Origin: Polyangiales bacterium
GTDB taxonomy: Bacteria > Myxococcota_A > Polyangia > Polyangiales > Ga0077539
Assembly: GCA_044229975.1 (NCBI GenBank)
Contig: JBGARZ010000002.1
Coordinates: 128,001 to 192,000 of the forward strand
DNA: 64,000 nucleotides
Reading direction: 5' to 3'
Shown: positions 1 to 12,113 of the stretch, in pieces
How positions within the stretch are numbered: the stretch's first letter is position 1
Layout: each line of letters starts with the position of its first letter
Position numbers and translations under genes: made by a program
Notes under the pieces: model-generated
The model's input: the letters and a program-made list of their open reading frames with translations, nothing else
What the model was told of the DNA's origin: nothing
The model's database searches: none

Positions 1-29
1 AACTCCCTCCACTGTGACGCCTTGCTCAT
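1..29 (-). CDS. 5' end of a CDS running off the window (MSKASQWRE...), possibly cytochrome b following the Rieske gene
   Basis: ATG at 27-29 (minus strand), 4 nt after the Rieske stop, preceded by GGAGGAAGG; product inferred only from the usual Rieske-cyt b synteny. Confidence 0.35.
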
Positions 30-33
30 GGTG

Positions 34-567
34 TCAGCCTTCCTCCCGGACACGCTCGGTGGTGCCCAGGCGATAGCGGGCCCACCGCACCTCTACCCTT
101 CCGTCGCTCACCCTGGACTCGATGGGGTCCATCGCGCGCGGCGACGGACCGCGCTGCGGAGCGCCGGCCGGGTCGAAGTCGCTCACGTGGCAGGGGCACA
201 CGAAGCCGCCCTCGCGGCGTTCGATGAGGCAGCCGAGGTGAGGGCAGATCGCCGAGAGCGCGCGCAGCGTCTCGGGTCCGTCACCGCCGCGCAGGAGCCA
301 GACGGTGCCGAGGCGGCGGTCGGGGGTGACGCTCCAGGCGTCGACCTCGGCGCCCATCACGTGCGCTTGGAGAGGCGTTCCCGCGACGAGGTCGTCCCAG
401 CGCGCGACCGCGCGCCAGCCGTCGTCACCGCCCGCACGCCGCCCGGGCAGGTGGGGTGCGTCGGCCGATGCGATCACCACCGCCGCCGCCGGGAGCACGC
501 CGACGCCGACCGCCGCCGCGCCCGCGCCCGCCGCCACGACCTTCAATGCCTTCCGCCGATCGACCAT
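34..567 (-). CDS. Rieske [2Fe-2S] protein with Tat-type signal/anchor (bc-complex ISP-like)
   Basis: CPHLGC and CPCH Rieske boxes, GPSPR motif, N-terminal DRRKALK twin-arginine plus hydrophobic helix; start placed at MVDRR. Confidence 0.9.
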   Translation of the reverse strand: MVDRRKALKVVAAGAGAAAVGVGVLPAAAVVIASADAPHLPGRRAGGDDGWRAVARWDDLVAGTPLQAHVMGAEVDAWSVTPDRRLGTVWLLRGGDGPETLRALSAICPHLGCLIERREGGFVCPCHVSDFDPAGAPQRGPSPRAMDPIESRVSDGRVEVRWARYRLGTTERVREEG

Positions 568-641
568 CGTCCGGTGCCTCCACGCTCGCGCCGCATCTGA
601 CCGCTGCCAGTCCGGCAGGGCCTGCATTATGTTCCAGCTAG

Positions 642-2954
642 ATGTCCGGCCTCCGTCGAATCCTTTTCTTCATCCTCGCGGCGGCGGTCCTTTTGACGGG
701 GTGCCCCGCGCGCTTCATCGCGGGCCGCACCGTCGTCTCGCAGGTCAACTTCACCGGTGTGCAAAACGTCGACTCGGGGGACGTTCGCACCCGCATCGCG
801 ACGCGAGAGACGCCGTTGTGGCCCTCCAACCGTCCGCGCCTCCTCCGTTGGTGGCGCTGGTGGTGGGTCGACCCCGAGTACCTCGACCAGGCCGCCCTCA
901 CCCGCGACCAGGCGCGTGTGCAGCGCTTCTACCAGGCCCGTGGCTACTACGACACGCACGTCTCGCCGCCGCGCGTGACCGACCTCGGCAACAACCGCGC
1001 GCGCGTGGACATCGCCGTCAACGAAGGTCCGCCCACGCTCGTCGAAGACCTGCGCCTGCGCGGCTGCGAACCCGGCGACCCCGACCCGCTGCCCGCGCGC
1101 ATCTGCACCAGCATCCAGGCGGGCCTCACCATCACCCGCGGTGGCCTCTTCGACGAGGACCGCTTCCACTTCGACCGCAGCTTCATCTTCGACTCGCTGC
1201 GCGAGGGCGGCTACGCGACGCCCACCGTGGTGCCCCACGCGGCCGTCGACCCGGTGAGCCACCGCGCGTGGGTCGAGTACACCGCGCGCTCGGGGCCGCG
1301 CAGCACCTTCGGCGTCGTGCGCCTGCAGCTGTCACCCAGCACCGATGCCTTCACCGCGGACAGCCTGCCCAATGGGCTCCCGGTCTCGGTCATCCGCTCG
1401 GCGCTCAACATCGATCCCGGCAACCGCTACTCGCGCCGCGCGCTCGTCGACGGCCAGCAGGCGCTCTTCGACCTCGGCGTCTTCGGCATCGCGCGCATCG
1501 AGGAGGCGCCCCGCCCCGGCGGCGTCGTCGACCTCAACGTCACCGTATCCACCGCGCGCCTCTGGAAGTTCCGACTGGGCGGCGGCCTCGAGTACGACAG
1601 CGTCCGATCGAACGTTCACCTCACCGCATCCTTCGAGCACCGCAACTTCCTCGGGGGCTTCCGCCGCTTTCGCATCGAGGCCCGCCCCCTCCTGTACTTC
1701 GTCAACCTCGGTAGCGTCTTCAACGGCGATCAGTCCCTGCCGGGGGTGGTGCCCGGCGCCTCGGTCGTCGCCGAGCTCGCGCGCCCGGAGATGTTTCGCC
1801 GCACCCAGGGTTTGCTCTCGGTGCAGTACGAGCTCGCGCCCGACCCGCTCATCCCCAACGTCGCGTTTCGTCAGCTCGCGCGGGTCACCGTCGGCCTGGA
1901 GCGCGCGTTCACCCGGCGCCTCCATGGTGCGTTCTACCTGCGCTTCACCGACGTGCAGTACCGCCCCAACGAGATCACCGTCCAGAACGACATGATGCGG
2001 TCCAACGCCGACCTGCTGCAGAACGACCCCCTCTACAGCAGCCTCTTCTACGACCAGCGCTACCTGCACCTGGAGCAGTCGATCACCTACGACAGCCGCG
2101 ACGACCGAGCCCGCCCGTCGCGCGGCTGGTTTCTCGCCGCCGGCCTGATGGAGTCGGTGCGTATCCCGTACGTCTCGGACTTCACCTTCGTCCGTGCGCA
2201 GGCCGAGGCGCGCACCTACGTCTCGCCGTTCCGCAACGTCGTCCTGGCCTTCCGCGCCATGGTCGGCGGAACGGTCGGCGACTCCTACGAGGTCAACGGT
2301 CGACGCTACTGGCCGCTGCCCACCGACCTCCGCTTCGTCTCGGGCGGCTCGCAGTCCAATCGCGGATACCCCTACGGGCGCGTCGGCGCGCTCGGCGCTG
2401 TGCCCCTCGCAGGCGTACGCAACTCCGGCATCGACGACGCGCGCACCACCGCGATCGGCGGCACCGGCATCTTCGAGGCGTCCTTCGAGACCCGCTGGCA
2501 GCCGAGCAACTTCGGCATGGTCGCCTTCATCGACCTCTCCAACGTCGTGGGCATGGACCCGACGCCCTTCGTCAACCCGCAGGGGACCACCACCGGCTGC
2601 CAGCCCACCGCGGGCAACGCCGTGCCCGACGGGGACGACTGCGCGGGCAGCCGCAACAACCTCCCGCCGCCCCGCAGCTTCAACCTCGACACGGTCGCCG
2701 CGCTCTTCAGCGACCTGCACCCCTCGGTGGGCATCGGGTTCCGCTACCGCACGCCGATCGGTCCGCTGCGCGCCGACGTCGCCGTGCGCCTCAACGACCT
2801 CCTGTGTCGGCGCTTCGACGCCGACGTCGCCGCGCAGAACCGCGCCACCAACAACGGCTGGGCGACCTACTACGTCGTCACCTCGCCCCGCTGCGACTTC
2901 TTCGGCGCCGACATCCCGGTGGCGGTCCAGCTCTCGCTCGGCGAGGCCTTCTGA
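642..2954 (+). CDS. tamA: Omp85/BamA-TamA family outer membrane protein (POTRA repeats + beta-barrel), probably lipidated
   Basis: POTRA-like YQARGYY motif, GGSQSNRGY (VRGY-like) motif, GFRYRTPIGPLRAD, C-terminal SLGEAF; lipobox-like LLTGC; directly upstream of a TamB-like gene. Confidence 0.85.
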   Translation: MSGLRRILFFILAAAVLLTGCPARFIAGRTVVSQVNFTGVQNVDSGDVRTRIATRETPLWPSNRPRLLRWWRWWWVDPEYLDQAALTRDQARVQRFYQARGYYDTHVSPPRVTDLGNNRARVDIAVNEGPPTLVEDLRLRGCEPGDPDPLPARICTSIQAGLTITRGGLFDEDRFHFDRSFIFDSLREGGYATPTVVPHAAVDPVSHRAWVEYTARSGPRSTFGVVRLQLSPSTDAFTADSLPNGLPVSVIRSALNIDPGNRYSRRALVDGQQALFDLGVFGIARIEEAPRPGGVVDLNVTVSTARLWKFRLGGGLEYDSVRSNVHLTASFEHRNFLGGFRRFRIEARPLLYFVNLGSVFNGDQSLPGVVPGASVVAELARPEMFRRTQGLLSVQYELAPDPLIPNVAFRQLARVTVGLERAFTRRLHGAFYLRFTDVQYRPNEITVQNDMMRSNADLLQNDPLYSSLFYDQRYLHLEQSITYDSRDDRARPSRGWFLAAGLMESVRIPYVSDFTFVRAQAEARTYVSPFRNVVLAFRAMVGGTVGDSYEVNGRRYWPLPTDLRFVSGGSQSNRGYPYGRVGALGAVPLAGVRNSGIDDARTTAIGGTGIFEASFETRWQPSNFGMVAFIDLSNVVGMDPTPFVNPQGTTTGCQPTAGNAVPDGDDCAGSRNNLPPPRSFNLDTVAALFSDLHPSVGIGFRYRTPIGPLRADVAVRLNDLLCRRFDADVAAQNRATNNGWATYYVVTSPRCDFFGADIPVAVQLSLGEAF

Positions 2955-5900
2955 TGGGCACCCCGCGCCGCATCCTCGGTCAACTGCTGCGCCTCACGGT
3001 GCTGCCGCTGCTCTTCGTCGTCTCGCTCGTCCTCCACCTCCCCGGCGTCATCGGCCGCTCCGCCGTCCGCGACATCGCGCGCGCCGCCGTGGCCGACCTC
3101 GCCCCCGGCCACCTCACGCTCCGCCGCATCACCCGCCTCAACCTCAGCGGCATCACCGTCGAGGGCCTCCACTGGCGCGACCTCGACGACAAGCTCCTCC
3201 TCGAAGACGCGACGCTCAACGTCACCTCGCTGCCCGCGCTCATCGCGGCGGCGGTCGGTGGTGCCCCGTGGCCTGCGCTCTCCCTCGACGCCCGCCGGGT
3301 CAACGGCTTCGTCCCGCGCCTCACCCAACCCGCGGCCGTCGCCGGTCCGCCGGAGCCACCCTCGCCGCTGCCGTCGATGCGCTTCCCCAACCTGCGGGTG
3401 CACGTCCGAACGCTGCACAACACCGTCGGCTACCCCATCGACGCTCGCGACGTACGCATTGCCGGCGGCGTGCGGCTCAGCCCCACCGGCATGAGCTTCA
3501 ACCTCCGCAGCCTCGCGCTCGACACGCAGACCACGCCGCTCTCGCCCGTCAACGTGCAGGCCCACGCGCGCGTTCGCACCTACCCCGCGCTCAGCGTCGA
3601 CGGCGGCATCGCGCTCGCGGGCGCCCCGCTGCGCTGCTCCATCAACGCGGTGCCGCAGTCCAACGGCGAGATGATGTTCTCGGTCGACAACTGCTTCGTG
3701 CCGGGCACGACGCTCCAGCAGCTCGCGGCGCTCGACCCCGCGCAGACCGTGCCCGACGTCAGCATTCCCCACCTCGGCGCCCACGGCCGCCCTGGCACGA
3801 GCTGGGTCGTCGACGGGCGCGTCGGCGTGGGCCGCGCGAGCTTCACCGTGTCCGCCTACGTCGGCGCCAATGATCAGAACGCGACCCTGCGCTTCGACCA
3901 CGTCGTGCTGCGCGACGCGCTCACCGCCCTCCCCGAAGGACAGGTCCACGGCACCATCGCCCTCTCCGCGCAGAACCTCGGCGACCGCCTGCGCCTCACC
4001 GTCAACGCTGGGGAGTTCGAGGCCAACGTCGCGGGCAACGAGGTGCCGCCCTTCTTCGCGGTGGTCGAGTATCGCGACGGCTTCCCGCTGCGGGTCGAGC
4101 GCTTCGACGTCCCGATGCTCCTGCTGCACACCGAAGGCACCGTCGGGCTCGCCGTTCCCAACCAGCTCGACCTCCGCGCCACCTTCGAACCGCCGCCCAT
4201 CCAGACGCTCCCGTGGACCCGCACGCTCGGCTCGGGTCGCGTCCACGGCGACGCCCACATCACGGGCACGCCCGCGCGGCTCAACGTCGACGCCCACGTC
4301 GTCGGCGACGCCATCGCCGTGGGTCCCGCGCGGGTTCGCCACGCCGAGGTGCGTGGCAACGTCGTGGTCGCCGGGGCGACGCCCATCATCGACGTGGTGG
4401 CCAACCTCCAGGGCGCCTCGGTGCGTGGCTCGGTCGGCCCATCGGACGCGACCCTCCACGCGGTGGGCAACCCATCCGGGGTGCTGCGCGTCGACGCCGC
4501 CGCGGAAGGTTCGGGCCTTCTCGCCGCGCTCGGAGCGCCACCCGCGGGCCGACCCAACAACGCGAGCGTGCGCCTGTCCGCGACCATCGATCGATCGGAC
4601 CCGAACTACCTCGCCACCCGCGTCACCGACCTGCGCGTCAACGTCCGCGGCGCGACCGCTCGCATCCACGGCGCGCTCTCGCTGCGACCCGCTCGCCCTT
4701 CCACCTCTCTCCGCGGAAGCGTCGCCATCGACGCGGGCGCTGCGGGTTCCATCGCCGTGACGCTCGCGCCTGGAACCGTGTCCGTCAACGCGCGCCAGTT
4801 CGACCTCGCGTGGGCCGCCCCCATCGCTCCGGCGGGCCAGCGCCTCGCCGGTCGCATCGACGGCAACCTCCTGCTCGACCGCGACAATATCGCTCGCAGC
4901 CGCGGCGAGCTCACCCTCCGCGGGCTGACCATCCCCGACGTCGGAACGGTGACCGCCGACCTCACGCTCGCCCGCCGGGAAGAGGACCTCGTCGCCCACC
5001 TCGCCGCGAGCCTCGTGCCGCCGCAGGGCGCGCCCGTCGGCACCGCCGTGTTCGACGTCGTGACCCCGCCGGTGAGGGACCCGTCCGATCCGATGGCCTG
5101 GCTGCGCGTCGTGCGCGAGGTCTCCGGGCGCGTCGAAGTCAACGACCTCGAGCGCTTCCCGCTGAGCGGGCTCGGCGTGCCGCGTGCGCTGCGGATGCAG
5201 GGGCGCCTCGTCGCGACGGTGACCAGCTCCCGACCGACGCCGGGCGGTCCGCTCGCTGCGACGGTCGGCCTCGAAGCGCGCTCGCTGGTCGCGGGCGTCG
5301 GCGTGCCGAGCCTGCTCAGCCGCGACGTGCGGATCATCCCCGCGGTGCACCCGCTGTGGGTGCGCGGTGCGCTCTGCGCGTCGCTCGGATCGCTCTCCCT
5401 CGACGCGATCACGCCTCGGTTGAGGCTCGCGGTCGGTCGCGAATACAACGAGACCTCGGCGGGCCCGCCGACGGTCTGCGACGACCAGCCGCTCATGTCG
5501 CGCACCCTCCTCGCCACCGATGGGACGCTCGCCGGACCGTGGCTCAGCGCCGCTCGCGCCGCGTCGGTGGTGCTGGAGAACCGCGGCACGACGGTGTCGG
5601 CTGCCGACCGCGCGCTGCTCACCGCGTCGAACGTCGACTGGCGCTTCTCGGTGGGGCCGTTTCTGCGCAGCGAGTGGCCGCTGCGGACGGTGGCCATCCC
5701 GCAGGAAGACGGGCCGCCGATCTTCGTCCGACCGCCCGATGTTCCGCCCGGGACCATGGTGCACGTGGAGGCCCGCGCGCGGGGCAACCTCCTGGCGCCG
5801 ACCGTCGACGTCGAGGTCGAGGGGAGTGCGCCGACGCTGAACCTCGTCGGCCTGAACGAGCCCGTGCGCGCGGAGGTCTTCGCGTCCATCGCCCCGCGCG

Positions 5901-7798
5901 AGGGCGGCACCATCCTCGACTCCTGGGCCGTCACCCTCGGCGTGCAGGCGCAGAGCTCGCCCAACGCGCCGCGTGAGATCCAGGCACGCGTCGCGGCCGA
6001 CGTCCGCCTCTCCACGACCATCGCCAACCTGCGCGCCCACGGCAGCGGCGGCGTGGCCTATGAGCGCTTCGACGTCGACTCGGAGAACCTCCACCTGGAG
6101 CGCTTCGCCTGGGCGCGCGATCGCGGCCTGGAGGGCAGGGTCGCCGTGCGCATCCTGGCGACGGACAACCAGCGCGAACCCGTCAACGCGACCGTCACCG
6201 TGGAGGACTTCCGCGCGCGTCTGCCCGAAGGGCTCCAGAGCGGCGGTTACGTCGCGCCGGCCGCGCGCGCCCGGGTCCACGCCGCCGTGCGAAACGAAAA
6301 CGGCGGGCTGATGGTGCGCTCATGCCTGATCGCGACCACGGCCGCGTCGACGCCCGACTGCTCCCCCGACGCGCCGGTGCCGACCGACGACTCGACGACC
6401 GAGTCGATCCTCGTGGTGGGCGCGGTACCGATGGTCGGAACGCTCCCTCAGGTGCGCCCCAACCTCGACGGCGCCAGCGTCGACATGGTGGCCGCGGGCT
6501 ATCCCCTCGACACCCTCTCGCGCTTCATCCCCGACGACACCGCGACCAACCTGGGCGGCACCCTGCAAGCGCGCGTTCACTGGGACGGCCAGCACCCCAA
6601 CTCGCCCACCGGGCAGATCGCGATCCGCAACGGTCGCGCGACGGTCACCGCGCTGGGCGAGCCGATGCGCGAGCTCGACCTCCTTCTCGTCGCCCGCGAC
6701 TCGACGCTGCGCTTCGAGCGAATGAACTTCGCGCTCGGGCGCGGACGGATGGAGGTCGACGGCGCGGCCACCATCGCCGATGACCACGTCTCTCTCAACC
6801 TCCACGGCACCACCCGCACCGTCCCCGCGGTGCTCTCCGGCTACACCTGGGCGTGGCTGGACGGCAGCGTGCGCCTCAACATGGAGTTCCGGGCCGACGG
6901 GGCGCGGGGCGCCGTGGAGGTCGAGCGCCTCTCGGCCCTCGTGCAAGATCAGCCGTCGAGCGACATCCAGCCCATCGGCGAGGACTCCAACATCTTCATC
7001 GTCGGGCGCACGCGGCTCGCCCGCGCGGGCGACGCCGCGACGTACGGCATCGAGCTCGCGATCCACTCGCAGACCCCGGTTTGGGTCCGCCGCTCCGACT
7101 TCGCCATCGCGCTTCGCACGGACATCCGCATCCGCCGTGACCGCGCGGGCCTCGCCCTCGCCGGCTCCATCACCCAGGCCAGCAACCAGTCCTGGTACTC
7201 CATCTTCGGCAAGCAGTTCGACCTCGACCGCGTGCGCGTCACCTTCGACGGCGGCCTCGCGCTCAACCCCGAGCTCGACGTCGTCGCGCACCACACCTCG
7301 CCCACCGCGGGTCGCATCACCGTCACCGTCACGGGGCGCCTCGATCACCCCTCCATCGTCCTCGCCGCCGACGGCGCACCTACCGCCAGCCAGGCGGAGA
7401 TCCTCGCCATGATCGTGCTGGGCCGACGCTCGCCCGCCGCGAGCTCGTCGGGCACCGACTTCGCCGCGCAGTTCGCGCAGGCCATCGTCTCGCTCGTGTC
7501 GAGCATCGTCGCGAGCGGCATCTCGCGGGAGTTCTCGTTCTTGCCGACGATCATCGCCGAGCCCACCACCACGGGCGCGGGCGCCCGCTACGGCGCCGGG
7601 GTCAACCTCTCGTCGCGCCTCTACGTGCAGGCGACCTACTCCGCCGGCGGCGGATCGGGCTCCACCGCCAGCGGCACCAGCAGCCTCGCGGCGGAGTTTC
7701 GTCTGCTCGCCGAGTACGCCATCAGCGAGGCCATCACCTTCGCGGCGAGCTTCAGCAGCCGCGGCGCGGGCGGCGCCGACGTCTACTGGTCACCGTGA
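2954..7798 (+). CDS. tamB: Translocation/assembly module TamB-like (AsmA/DUF490) protein
   Basis: ATG overlaps tamA stop (TGATG); N-terminal TM anchor, long beta-rich body, C-terminal DUF490-like region (FGKQFDL...NPELDVVA...QAEILAMIVLG). Confidence 0.8.
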   Translation: MGTPRRILGQLLRLTVLPLLFVVSLVLHLPGVIGRSAVRDIARAAVADLAPGHLTLRRITRLNLSGITVEGLHWRDLDDKLLLEDATLNVTSLPALIAAAVGGAPWPALSLDARRVNGFVPRLTQPAAVAGPPEPPSPLPSMRFPNLRVHVRTLHNTVGYPIDARDVRIAGGVRLSPTGMSFNLRSLALDTQTTPLSPVNVQAHARVRTYPALSVDGGIALAGAPLRCSINAVPQSNGEMMFSVDNCFVPGTTLQQLAALDPAQTVPDVSIPHLGAHGRPGTSWVVDGRVGVGRASFTVSAYVGANDQNATLRFDHVVLRDALTALPEGQVHGTIALSAQNLGDRLRLTVNAGEFEANVAGNEVPPFFAVVEYRDGFPLRVERFDVPMLLLHTEGTVGLAVPNQLDLRATFEPPPIQTLPWTRTLGSGRVHGDAHITGTPARLNVDAHVVGDAIAVGPARVRHAEVRGNVVVAGATPIIDVVANLQGASVRGSVGPSDATLHAVGNPSGVLRVDAAAEGSGLLAALGAPPAGRPNNASVRLSATIDRSDPNYLATRVTDLRVNVRGATARIHGALSLRPARPSTSLRGSVAIDAGAAGSIAVTLAPGTVSVNARQFDLAWAAPIAPAGQRLAGRIDGNLLLDRDNIARSRGELTLRGLTIPDVGTVTADLTLARREEDLVAHLAASLVPPQGAPVGTAVFDVVTPPVRDPSDPMAWLRVVREVSGRVEVNDLERFPLSGLGVPRALRMQGRLVATVTSSRPTPGGPLAATVGLEARSLVAGVGVPSLLSRDVRIIPAVHPLWVRGALCASLGSLSLDAITPRLRLAVGREYNETSAGPPTVCDDQPLMSRTLLATDGTLAGPWLSAARAASVVLENRGTTVSAADRALLTASNVDWRFSVGPFLRSEWPLRTVAIPQEDGPPIFVRPPDVPPGTMVHVEARARGNLLAPTVDVEVEGSAPTLNLVGLNEPVRAEVFASIAPREGGTILDSWAVTLGVQAQSSPNAPREIQARVAADVRLSTTIANLRAHGSGGVAYERFDVDSENLHLERFAWARDRGLEGRVAVRILATDNQREPVNATVTVEDFRARLPEGLQSGGYVAPAARARVHAAVRNENGGLMVRSCLIATTAASTPDCSPDAPVPTDDSTTESILVVGAVPMVGTLPQVRPNLDGASVDMVAAGYPLDTLSRFIPDDTATNLGGTLQARVHWDGQHPNSPTGQIAIRNGRATVTALGEPMRELDLLLVARDSTLRFERMNFALGRGRMEVDGAATIADDHVSLNLHGTTRTVPAVLSGYTWAWLDGSVRLNMEFRADGARGAVEVERLSALVQDQPSSDIQPIGEDSNIFIVGRTRLARAGDAATYGIELAIHSQTPVWVRRSDFAIALRTDIRIRRDRAGLALAGSITQASNQSWYSIFGKQFDLDRVRVTFDGGLALNPELDVVAHHTSPTAGRITVTVTGRLDHPSIVLAADGAPTASQAEILAMIVLGRRSPAASSSGTDFAAQFAQAIVSLVSSIVASGISREFSFLPTIIAEPTTTGAGARYGAGVNLSSRLYVQATYSAGGGSGSTASGTSSLAAEFRLLAEYAISEAITFAASFSSRGAGGADVYWSP

Positions 7799-8772
7799 GC
7801 GGGCGGGCGCGGTCGCGTACGACACGCCCACGGCGTCGAGCGTGCGCCGCAGCCCGATGAGCAGCAGCAGGTTGCGCACGTTGTATCCGTAGCGGAGCCC
7901 CTCGGCGCTGAACACCGCCGCGCGCGTATCGCCGTTGGACACGTACACGGAGGGATGAACGTTGTCGTCCGAGACGCCCTCGGACGGCAGCGCCGCCATC
8001 GCCGCGTGGTAGTCGATGAGCGGGAGGTGACGCTCGGTCACGATCGCGTGGATGCGCTCGTTGATGGCGTCCGCCGCCGCGTGCGCCGTCGGGTTGCCGC
8101 GGTGCGAGGGGATGGTGCTCACCATCGCGACGACGTTGCGCCGCTCGACCCGGTCGAGGATCTCCCCGAGGTGCGTCGCGAGCACCGCCGGGCTCGCCCG
8201 CTCGGCGTCGTTGGTGCCGATCATCAACACCGCGAAGGCTGCGCGCGTCGCCTGGAGCTCACGCTCGACGGGGCTGCGGTCGCCTCCTTCGAGGAGCTGC
8301 CTCGACTCCCACCCGGCGGTCGCGCAGGCGCTCGCGCGGGTGAACGCGTTGTCCTCCCGCCCTCCGAGCGAGCGCCGACGAAACCAGCGCACCACGGGTT
8401 CGAGTTGCGTGAAGGCGCCGAGCTCGTACCAACCGTGGCCGATGTCCTGCGCGAAGCTGCCCGACTCGGTGATGCTGTCACCGAGCTTGCTGAACACGTC
8501 GCTGCGCAGCCCCGCCGCTGCGCCGCGCGCAAACACCGCGCGCACATGGGCCACCGTCGGAGCGTCGAGCTCGGGGACGAAGCGCTCCCACGGCGTCGCC
8601 ACGGGCGGTGTCGGCGGCACGTCAACGGGCGGGGCGACTTCCGGCGTGGGCGTGGGCGTGGGCGCCACCACCGGGAGGACCGTGCGCTCGGGCGGCGGCT
8701 CGGTACGCGCGGGCCGCGTGCAGCTCGCCACGATGCCCGTCGCCAGAGCGAGCCACGTCGGCGCGCGCGTGC

Positions 8773-8776
<4 letters not shown>
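7790..8776 (-). CDS. SGNH/GDSL hydrolase family lipoprotein
   Basis: GDSIT, MIGTND and DNVHPS motifs; lipobox IVASC and Pro-rich linker; TTG start overlapping glmM stop (TTGA). Confidence 0.8.
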
Positions 8777-10185
<1,409 letters not shown>

Positions 10186-10233
10186 GGGGGGACGCACCTT
10201 ACCAAAGGGACCCGCCGGGCGGGTGAGTGCTCG

Positions 10234-11184
10234 CTACGGCACCAGCAGCACCTCGGCGGGCTCCACCACCACCGTGATTCCCTCGCGCAGGGGCATCACC
10301 TGCACCCGCGCCTCGGTCGCCACCCGGAGCGGTCCCTCGTCGGGCGCCGTCACCGTCGGAACGACCTGCGACGGCACCAGCTCCGCCAGCAGCTCGGGGT
10401 CGCCGCTGACCACCACCGCGACCACGGGCGGCCTCGCCTCCAGGCGTTGGGCGCCCCGCGGTGCGCCGCGGACGGTGACCGGGATGCGCTCGAAGCGACG
10501 CTCGCCGTGCAGCGCGGTGACGTCGAAGGTGACGCGCACCTGCGTGGGGCCATAGTCGATACCGTTGCGGGGCGCCTCCAGCAGCACGCGGCGTTCGTAG
10601 CGCCCGGGCGCGAGGCCCGAGGCGTCGACGGCCACGGTGTGCACCACCTCCTGCGCTTCGAGCGCGAGCGCCGGGCCGCGCGCACGCACGCGCTCGGGCT
10701 CGACGGTGATGGTCCCGATGCGGGTGCGGGGCGCGGTGCTGCCGACGACGCTCGCGCGCACGTCGAGCACGCGGGTGAGCAGCGTGTCCCAGCGGAGGTC
10801 GAGGCTCGACGGGCTGAAGCTGACGAAGTCCGCGCCGGCCGGGAGCTGCACGAGCGAGGGGTCGAGGTCGACGCGGCGTCGTCGGCCGTCGCGCAGGTCG
10901 ATCTCCACCGGGCCGATCTCGTCGCCGCGCAGCGGGGCGACCACGGACGGCGTCCCGCGAACGGTGAGGCGCACGCGCTCGGGCAGCGGCGTGACCAGCA
11001 GCGGGCCGCCCGGGACGGCGGCAGGGAGCCTCGCCGTGATGGGAACGTCCACGCTGCGCTGCACCGCTCCGGCGCCGCGAAACACCATGAAGAGTCCGAG
11101 CGAGATGGCGAGCGACGCGACCTTGTAGGGGAGGTTCTCCCGCACCAGGGCGAACAGGGCTCCGAGGCGCGAAGGGAGGTTCAC
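10234..11184 (-). CDS. cdaR: CdaR/YbbR-family regulator of diadenylate cyclase
   Basis: N-terminal TM (ENLPYKVASLAISL), repeated YbbR-like modules (PERVRLTVRG, VEPERVRARGP); lies between cdaA and glmM. Confidence 0.8.
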   Translation of the reverse strand: MNLPSRLGALFALVRENLPYKVASLAISLGLFMVFRGAGAVQRSVDVPITARLPAAVPGGPLLVTPLPERVRLTVRGTPSVVAPLRGDEIGPVEIDLRDGRRRRVDLDPSLVQLPAGADFVSFSPSSLDLRWDTLLTRVLDVRASVVGSTAPRTRIGTITVEPERVRARGPALALEAQEVVHTVAVDASGLAPGRYERRVLLEAPRNGIDYGPTQVRVTFDVTALHGERRFERIPVTVRGAPRGAQRLEARPPVVAVVVSGDPELLAELVPSQVVPTVTAPDEGPLRVATEARVQVMPLREGITVVVEPAEVLLVP

Positions 11185-12113
11185 GACTCGTCTCCGCTGG
11201 CGCGCGTCGGTGGTTCGGCGTCATCCGTCGGCACCGGCCGGACGCCCGAGCGCGGTGGTGGTGGCAGGCGAGACGACCGCCCGTCGCGATCGCCCTGCTC
11301 GGCCTCGCGCATGAGCGCCGCCACCTGTCGCTTGGAGTAGAGCACCCCGTAGAGCGCCTGGCGGGTGGTCTGCGCGTCGAGGCCCCGCACGATGTTGCCG
11401 TTGAAGCAGAGCGAGATCTCGCCGCGCTCTTCGCTCACGACGACCACGGCGGCGTCGGTCTCTTCGGAGATGCCCAGGGCCGCGCGGTGGCGGGTGCCGA
11501 GCTGCCGGTCGAGGGCGCCGCTGTTGGTGAGAGGGAGCACCGCGCCCGCCGCCGCGATGCGCCCGTTGCGGATGATGACCGCGCCGTCGTGCAGGGGGTT
11601 GTCCTGGCTCGGGAGGAAGAGCGTGAAGAGCAGCTCGGTGGAGATCTCCGCGTCGAGGTGGGTGCACTGCGTGACGAAGTCGTCGACGCTGGCCTCGCGC
11701 TCGAAGACGAAGAGGGCGCCCACGCGTCGCTGCGCGAGGTCTTCGGCCGCGGCGATGACCTCCTCCATCGCGGGCGCGTCGACGGGCTTGCGCCAGCGGG
11801 AGAGAAATGGCCGGTCGCCCACCCGCATCAGCGCGCGCCGGATGTCGGCCTGGAAGATCACCACCACGAACACCAGAAACGACGTGAGCGAACGGTCGAG
11901 CAGCGTGAAGGTCGTGGTGAGGTGGAGCCACTGCGAGATGGCGTAGACGACGGCGAGGAGCACCAGCCCCTGCCCCACCTGCGCCGCGCGCGTGCCGCGC
12001 ACGAGCAGCAGGATGCGGTAGATGGCGTAGGCCACCACCAGGATGTCGACGGCGTCGCGCAGCAGCTCCTGTGGCGGCCGACGAAGGATCACCCGCAGCC
12101 AGTCAGAGTGCAC
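11181..12113 (-). CDS. cdaA: Diadenylate cyclase CdaA/DacA
   Basis: 3 TM helices, PLHDGAVII and GTRHRAALG DAC motifs, VVVVSEERG. Confidence 0.93.
   Translation of the reverse strand: MHSDWLRVILRRPPQELLRDAVDILVVAYAIYRILLLVRGTRAAQVGQGLVLLAVVYAISQWLHLTTTFTLLDRSLTSFLVFVVVIFQADIRRALMRVGDRPFLSRWRKPVDAPAMEEVIAAAEDLAQRRVGALFVFEREASVDDFVTQCTHLDAEISTELLFTLFLPSQDNPLHDGAVIIRNGRIAAAGAVLPLTNSGALDRQLGTRHRAALGISEETDAAVVVVSEERGEISLCFNGNIVRGLDAQTTRQALYGVLYSKRQVAALMREAEQGDRDGRSSRLPPPPRSGVRPVPTDDAEPPTRASGDES

Noticed and set aside
2870..6280. Long antisense or alternative-frame ORFs (e.g. 2870-6280, 13251-15989, 29198-31687, 43228-45600, 59524-62082)
   Set aside because: Shadow ORFs typical of high-GC DNA; they overlap well-supported genes and show no recognisable motifs
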